From: an uncultured Gammaproteobacteria bacterium
GTDB taxonomy: Bacteria; Pseudomonadota; Gammaproteobacteria; UBA9214
Length of the DNA: 64,000 nucleotides
Assembly (NCBI GenBank): GCA_963803275.1
Contig: CAWDLS010000001.1
Location: 596,107-660,106 of the forward strand
Direction: 5' to 3'
Part shown: piece by piece, positions 58,814 through 64,000 of the stretch
How positions within the stretch are numbered: position 1 is the stretch's first letter
How the letters are laid out: each line of letters begins with the position of its first letter
Translations under genes and position numbers: made by a program
The notes under the pieces: generated by a model
Told to the model about the DNA's origin: nothing
The model's database searches: none
What the model saw: only the letters and a program-made list of their open reading frames with translations

Positions 58814-60994
58814 ATGAAGAAGCCGCCGCCGCGCCCGGTGTCCCCGGGCGGTCTGCGCCAGGCGTTCGCGGCCTATGCCGTAAGCGTCACGGCGCTGCAG
58901 CGCCTCGCCGGCCCGCTGCTCGATCTTTACATCCGCCTGTGGATTGCCCAGAGTTTTTTCGTCTCCGGGTTGCTCAAGGCGACGAACTGGGACAGCGCCC
59001 TGGCGCTGGCACGCTACGAGTACCCGGTCACCTGGCTGGACCCGGTCACGGCCGCCTGTCTGGGTGCCGCTACCGAGCTGGTCGCCCCGGTGCTGCTTGC
59101 GCTGGGACTTGCGACCCGCGTCGCAGCCGTGCCACTGGCGGTGCTGGCGCTGGTGATCCAGTTCAACTACCAGGCGCTGGACACGCACCTGCTGTGGGCC
59201 GCGCTGTTGCTCGGCACTGTCGTGCGCGGGGCGGGGCCCCTGTCGCTCGACCACCTGCTGGCCCCGGGCCTGGCCGACAGTGCGCTGCCGCTGGCGGGTC
59301 CCGCCGTGCGGGTGGCGGCCAGGATCACGCGCCATGCCGTACCCGGGTACGGGTTGCTGTTGCGGCTGTGGCTGGCGACCGGTCTTCTGGTAGCGGGCGG
59401 CATCCCGGGCGGGACGACCTTGCCATGGCTGCCGGTTACGACCCTCGCGCCCTTGTCCGGCGGGATCGGCGTGCTGTTCGCCGCCCTGCTCCCCGCCGGC
59501 CTGGCCCTGCGTCCCGCGGTACTCGCCGCGATCGTGCTGTATCTGGGACTCGCGATGACGGGGCCGGCGGTCCTCGATAGCGCGCATCTGTTCGTGCTGC
59601 TGCTCGCGACCCTGGGACTGGCCGGCGCCGGCAGGTACTCCCTCGATCATGTCCTGCACGACCGGCTGCGGCGGCGCTACCCGGAACTCGAGGGCAAGTT
59701 GCCCGCACGCTTCGAGGACCTGCCGCAGGTGGTCATCGTCGGGGCCGGCTTCGGCGGGCTGGCCTGCGCCAGCGCCCTGCGACACGCCCCGGTCGGGGTG
59801 ACGCTGGTCGACCGCCACAACTACCACCTGTTCCAGCCGCTGCTCTACCAGGTCGCCACCACCGCGCTGGCCGCCGGTGACATCGCCATGCCGATCCGGT
59901 CGCTGCTGCGCGATCAGGCCAATGCGCGGGTGTTGCTGGGGACGGTGACCGGGGTCGATACGGCACGGCGCGAGGTGCGCTTCGGTACACGACGCATTCC
60001 GTATGATTACCTGGTACTGGCCACCGGTGCCACACACAGCTATTTCGGCCGGGACGAGTGGGCCGCCTTTGCACCGGGACTGAAACGCGTGGAGGACGCC
60101 AATGATATGCGCAGTCGCCTGCTGCTGGCCTTCGAACAGGCCGAGGCCGCGCAGGACGAGGCCGAACGCGCCGCGCTGCTCACCTTCCTGATCGTCGGCG
60201 CCGGTCCCACCGGGGTCGAACTCGCCGGTGCGGTTGCCGAACTGGCGCGCTACGGCATGGAGAAGGAATTCCGTCACGCCGATCCGGCCCGGGCTCGCGT
60301 GATCCTGGTGCAGTCGGGGCCGCGTATCCTGCCGGCCTTCCCCGCGGTGCTGTCTGCGCGCGCCGCTGCCGCGCTGGGCCGGCTGGGCGTGGAGATACTC
60401 ACCGACAGCCGCGTCGAGGCGATCGATGCCGACGGCGTGCGGGTCGGCGGCCGGCGCATCATCGCCCGGAACGTGTTCTGGGCGGCAGGCGTGGTTGCCT
60501 CACCCGCCGCGCAGTGGCTCGCGGCCGGACACGACGGCAGCGGCCGCATCAAGGTCGCGCCCGACCTCGGGGTGCCCGGCCATCCCGGGTTGTTCGCCAT
60601 CGGCGATACCGCGCTCTCGAACGCCTGGAACGGTCAACCCGTACCGGGGCTGGGCCCGGCCGCCAAGCAGGGCGGCCACTACGTCGCGCGGGTGATCCGC
60701 ACACGCGTCGCCGGGCATGCGGCACCCCCGCCGTTCCGCTATCAGCACCTCGGCAGCCTCGCCACCATCGGGCGCAAGGCGGCGGTCGCGGACTTCGGCG
60801 CCGTGCGCCTGTCCGGTGCACCCGCCTGGTGGCTGTGGGGGCTGGTGCACGTCTATTTTCTAGCCGGCATGCGCAACCGCATCTCGGTGATGCTCGACTG
60901 GGCCTGGGCCTATTTTACCTTCCGCAGCAGCACGCGCCTGATCACACGGCCTGCGGCACCCGAGCCGGCGGCATCACCTGCCGCCGCGGAGTGA
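58814..60994 (+). CDS. fusion protein: two DoxX-family membrane domains plus type II NADH:quinone oxidoreductase (NDH-2)
   Basis: Two repeats each ending G.GP.SLDH.L (DoxX hallmark), then VVIVGAGFGGL...DRHNYHLFQPLLYQVA and a second GxGxxG (LIVGAGPTGVELAG) of NDH-2. Confidence 0.8.
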   Translation: MKKPPPRPVSPGGLRQAFAAYAVSVTALQRLAGPLLDLYIRLWIAQSFFVSGLLKATNWDSALALARYEYPVTWLDPVTAACLGAATELVAPVLLALGLATRVAAVPLAVLALVIQFNYQALDTHLLWAALLLGTVVRGAGPLSLDHLLAPGLADSALPLAGPAVRVAARITRHAVPGYGLLLRLWLATGLLVAGGIPGGTTLPWLPVTTLAPLSGGIGVLFAALLPAGLALRPAVLAAIVLYLGLAMTGPAVLDSAHLFVLLLATLGLAGAGRYSLDHVLHDRLRRRYPELEGKLPARFEDLPQVVIVGAGFGGLACASALRHAPVGVTLVDRHNYHLFQPLLYQVATTALAAGDIAMPIRSLLRDQANARVLLGTVTGVDTARREVRFGTRRIPYDYLVLATGATHSYFGRDEWAAFAPGLKRVEDANDMRSRLLLAFEQAEAAQDEAERAALLTFLIVGAGPTGVELAGAVAELARYGMEKEFRHADPARARVILVQSGPRILPAFPAVLSARAAAALGRLGVEILTDSRVEAIDADGVRVGGRRIIARNVFWAAGVVASPAAQWLAAGHDGSGRIKVAPDLGVPGHPGLFAIGDTALSNAWNGQPVPGLGPAAKQGGHYVARVIRTRVAGHAAPPPFRYQHLGSLATIGRKAAVADFGAVRLSGAPAWWLWGLVHVYFLAGMRNRISVMLDWAWAYFTFRSSTRLITRPAAPEPAASPAAAE

Positions 60995-61057
60995 ACGGCG
61001 GACGACGCGTTCCCGGCGGGAGCGGGGACATTGGGTACACAAAACGGGGATTGATTA

Positions 61058-62338
61058 TGGACGCCGAAACCGAAACACGACGCGCCGTACCCTGGCTGGC
61101 AGTCGGCAGCCTCTATCTCGCCGGCATGCTGCAGGGGCTGACACTGGTGAGCTTTCCGGCGAGCAGCGCGGTACTGAAACAGATGCACGGCTTCAGCGAC
61201 GCGCAGTACGGCACGATCTTCCTGCCGCAGGTCGCGCTCGCCGTGATCGGCGCCCTGGGCGGCGGGGCGCTGGCCTCGCGCCTGGGCCTCAAGGCGCTGC
61301 TGGGCGGGGCGCTGCTGATCAACGCGCTCTCGCAGTTGCTGCTCGCGGGCAGCATGCTGCTCCCGCCGGCATTGGCCTTCGCCAGCGTGCTGCTCGGCAC
61401 CGCCTGTCTCGGCCTGGGCTTCGGCGCCGCCGGCGCGCCGCTCAACGGGCTGCCACCGCTGTTCTTTCCACCGCGACGCGACTCCGCCCTGGTGGCACTG
61501 CACACCCTGCTCGGTCTGGGTCTGACGGTCGGGCCGCTCGTGGCCAGTCCCTTCATCATGTCCGGACGCTGGGCCGGCTTCCCGCTGCTGCTCGCGGCCC
61601 TGTGTGCGCTGACGGCCGTGTCTGCATTCGTGCTGCGCTTTCCGGAGGACGGATCAGAGCGGCCGCTGGCACCGGCCTCGGGGCCGGCGGCCATGGCCGA
61701 TCCCATGCCGCTGCCGTCCGGGATACGGCGGACACCCGATGAGGAGCATCCCGTGCGCACGGCGGGCTTCTGGCTGTTCATGGCGATCGCCGTGCTGTAT
61801 GCCTTCGCCGAGGGCACCTTCGGCAACTGGGCGGTCCTCTATCTGCAGGACGTCAAGCACCAGCCGGAAACGGTCGCCGCCTCGGCGCTGTCGGTGTTCT
61901 GGGCAGCCATGGTGGGCGGGCGCCTGCTGACCTCGGTACTGGTGCTGAAGCTTGCCCCCCCGCTACATCTGGCTGAGCCTGCCCGGCCTGATGATCGTCG
62001 CCTTCCTGTTGCTGCCCTACGCCGATACCCCCTGGCGCGGCATCGCGGGCTTTGCGCTGGCCGGGCTGGCCTGCTCGGCGTTCTTCCCGCTCAGTATCGG
62101 GCTCGCCACGCAGCGCTTCGCGCGGCACGTACCGTGGGTATCCTCGATGCTGATCGCCGCGCTGATGGTGGGCGTGGGCCTCGGCTCCTATGTCATCGGC
62201 GTGCTGCGCGATGCCGTGGCCATGGAACAGCTCTACCGGCTGTCGACGCTTTATCCCGTCATGGCCCTGCTGCTGGGCGTGCGTGCGCTGCAGCAGCGCC
62301 CGGCTGCCGCCGCAGGCGCGGCAGCGCTGCGACAATGA
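61058..62338 (+). pseudogene. MFS transporter with frameshift at a C7 homopolymer (~61958-61964)
   Basis: N-terminal six TM segments in one frame (from MDAETETRR) to ...VLKLAPP. The remaining TM segments continue in ORF 61952..62338 (RYIWLSLPGLMIV...). The junction is GCCCCCCCG. Confidence 0.6.
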
Positions 62339-62377
62339 ACCGTGAATCGTTGACCGTCGGTCCGGGATTGATGGCCC

Positions 62378-63409
62378 TCAGGAGAAGGCCTTGTGTGCCA
62401 TATAGTCAGGTCGCGGGAGTAGTTCGTCCCTGGGGAATTTCGCCAGGGTAACGATGCGGGGCAACTCTTCACCAATTACCACTTCGGCCAGCTGGACCAC
62501 ATTGCAGGGCTGCGGTGAATGTGCGTCGATCTTGATTCCCATCTTGCTGAGTGTGAGCGAGGTCCTCCGGATCCGGATGAAATCATCCGGATGCCGGAAC
62601 ACGGCATGCACCTGGGAAAGTGATTCATTCGGTGCCACCAGCCGGGAATTCACCAGTTCACCCTCGAGCTTTTTCAGCCGCTCCGTGATGGCTTCCGCAT
62701 CGCGCGCCGCGCCAGGATGTGCCGGGGTGCCCCCGGACGTCTCATGAAGGCGTCGCAGCCTTGCATGCAGCAGCTGTCGCTCCTGCTGCAGGCGGTGGCT
62801 CGCCACTTTCAGGTTCATGATGCGCGCAAGGGCGTGTGTCCCCAGGCCCTCAAAGAGACATTGCTTGAGACCCTCACGGGTCTCGGCCTCGGTGGGGGCG
62901 GGGGCATAGATGCGGTGATCCGAAAAGCTGACGGCCGTCTGATGAACGTCGCGTTTCAGCATTTCGCCTTCGAGTTCCATCCCCATGACCGTTTTCTCCG
63001 TCTTGTGCATGCACAGCAGTGCATAGCAGTGCCGGATTTCATAGCCACAGTAATCTTCCATGAACTCACGGATTTCAGAGCTGCTACTGAAGACCGTCTG
63101 CAAATCCTTCACGTTCACGAAAAAGGCGTTTACATAGGGGTCGGAGACGAAGGTCGTCCGGCTGACCTCTATGGCACCGGGTATTTCTGCAACGAGCTGG
63201 TCGGTATAGTCCAGGGATAGCGTGATCGCATGCTGCAGCTTCTTACGGTAGCCGCGCACGTAACGAATGGCGGGATCGGTCCCCTCCACGACCCTTTCCA
63301 GGGCCTCCGTCACGCGTGCAGCCTGCCTGCGGCCGTGCTCCCGTGCCTCTGCTAGCCGGCGCATCGACTCGAATGTGCCCGACAGCACCTGGCTTACCAG
63401 ATCCTTCAT
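62378..63409 (-). CDS. hypothetical protein (no recognisable family)
   Basis: About 344 aa from MKDLVSQVLSG (GGGGG RBS). The ORF could extend to 63502. Local GC (~55%) is below the neighbourhood. No motifs recognised. Confidence 0.55.
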   Translation of the reverse strand: MKDLVSQVLSGTFESMRRLAEAREHGRRQAARVTEALERVVEGTDPAIRYVRGYRKKLQHAITLSLDYTDQLVAEIPGAIEVSRTTFVSDPYVNAFFVNVKDLQTVFSSSSEIREFMEDYCGYEIRHCYALLCMHKTEKTVMGMELEGEMLKRDVHQTAVSFSDHRIYAPAPTEAETREGLKQCLFEGLGTHALARIMNLKVASHRLQQERQLLHARLRRLHETSGGTPAHPGAARDAEAITERLKKLEGELVNSRLVAPNESLSQVHAVFRHPDDFIRIRRTSLTLSKMGIKIDAHSPQPCNVVQLAEVVIGEELPRIVTLAKFPRDELLPRPDYMAHKAFS

Positions 63410-63594
63410 GGGATACCCCCCTATAACCGGCAACGATTGACCCACTACCGGTTTCTTCTTACTAAAATATAGATCATGATAGTCCGGCAGCACATGCCGC
63501 AAATCAAGTACAGCAGCACGCGCACGGCGGGGGCCGGAGCTGTAGCTGTATTTAGCTGATTTTTAACATAAAATATTAACGTTGTCTTGATCCG

Positions 63595-63888
63595 GTGAAG
63601 ACTATGCCTGAACTATCGAAAAAAGATGCGGGTGTCATCATGACGCTGATCGAAAGGTTCGAGAAACAGCGGCTGCCCACCCTGCTGCAGCTTAAGGAAA
63701 AGATCGACAACGGCGCCGCGCTGAGCAATGTGGACATCGAATTTCTCGACAAGGTCATGGACGACGCCATGCGCACCATGCCGTTGACGGAAGGCCATCC
63801 GGAACTGCACAGCTTCTGCGCGCACGTGGTCCACCTTTACCGGGAGATCACGACCAGGGCGTTGCAGAACGAACCAAACGGACCATAG
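63595..63888 (+). CDS. hypothetical 97-aa protein, divergent partner of the preceding gene
   Basis: GTG 63595 or ATG 63604 (MPELSKKDAGVIMTLIERFEKQRLP...). AT-rich shared upstream region. No family recognised. Confidence 0.5.
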   Translation: MKTMPELSKKDAGVIMTLIERFEKQRLPTLLQLKEKIDNGAALSNVDIEFLDKVMDDAMRTMPLTEGHPELHSFCAHVVHLYREITTRALQNEPNGP

Positions 63889-64000
63889 CCTGCCCGGGCA
63901 GATTCACTGAGCGGGCGTGTGGCCGGTGCACCCCGAATGGCCGGCACTTGCCGGTGCGTTCGTGCCAGCTGCGGCGGTGCAACATTGTCCTGTGTCATTG

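Noticed and set aside
60514-62451. 645-aa ORF listed by the tracker
   Set aside because: It is a composite. Its first ~160 codons are an out-of-frame read through the 3' end of the NDH-2 gene. The real MFS gene starts at 61058 and the tail is a post-frameshift artefact.

Overview
This 64 kb window is GC-rich (~65%) gammaproteobacterial core chromosome, with gene order matching the Pseudomonas-type arrangements ponA/pilMNOPQ-aroK-aroB-...-gltBD-hemE and gmk-rpoZ-spoT-ridA-...-recG. Gene calls in order: bioBFHC operon (minus strand, bioC running off the window start), ComF-like PRTase, ubiCA, recG, a ~950-bp AT-rich islet carrying one zinc-ribbon gene, ridA, spoT, rpoZ, gmk, yicC, rph, rdgB, hemW, a CPXCG zinc-finger protein, rof, a Ycf46-like AAA ATPase, a DUF3135-like protein, rpmE, a secreted thermonuclease, mdh flanked by two copies of a ~275-bp MITE, mrcA (PBP1A), pilMNOPQ, aroK, aroB, dgt, a WGR-domain protein, gltB, gltD, a small membrane ORF inside an inverted-repeat element, hemE, trkH-trkA (both frameshifted), a cluster of small secreted proteins around an orphan sigma-54 activator, a GAF-PAS protein, a GMC-oxidoreductase remnant, a glycogen-debranching/GH63 glucosidase pair, a DoxX-DoxX-NDH-2 fusion, a frameshifted MFS transporter and a lower-GC divergent pair of unrecognised genes at the window end. 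Features not explained by the gene list: (1) a structured MITE family with two full copies and two solo-end fragments, whose CTAG/TTAG termini coincide with the stop codons of three genes; (2) a second repeat family of imperfect inverted repeats built from tandem GCGCA(A/G)AG octamers, occurring at three intergenic sites and each time bracketing a different small cargo (the AT-rich zinc-ribbon gene, a 71-aa membrane peptide, nothing); (3) four frameshifts concentrated in trkH, trkA and the MFS gene (one at a C7 tract); (4) several unusually long non-coding stretches; (5) the terminal two-gene pair of unknown function. No rRNA, tRNA or CRISPR array was found. All calls rest on manual reading of the ORF translations; no database searches were run.
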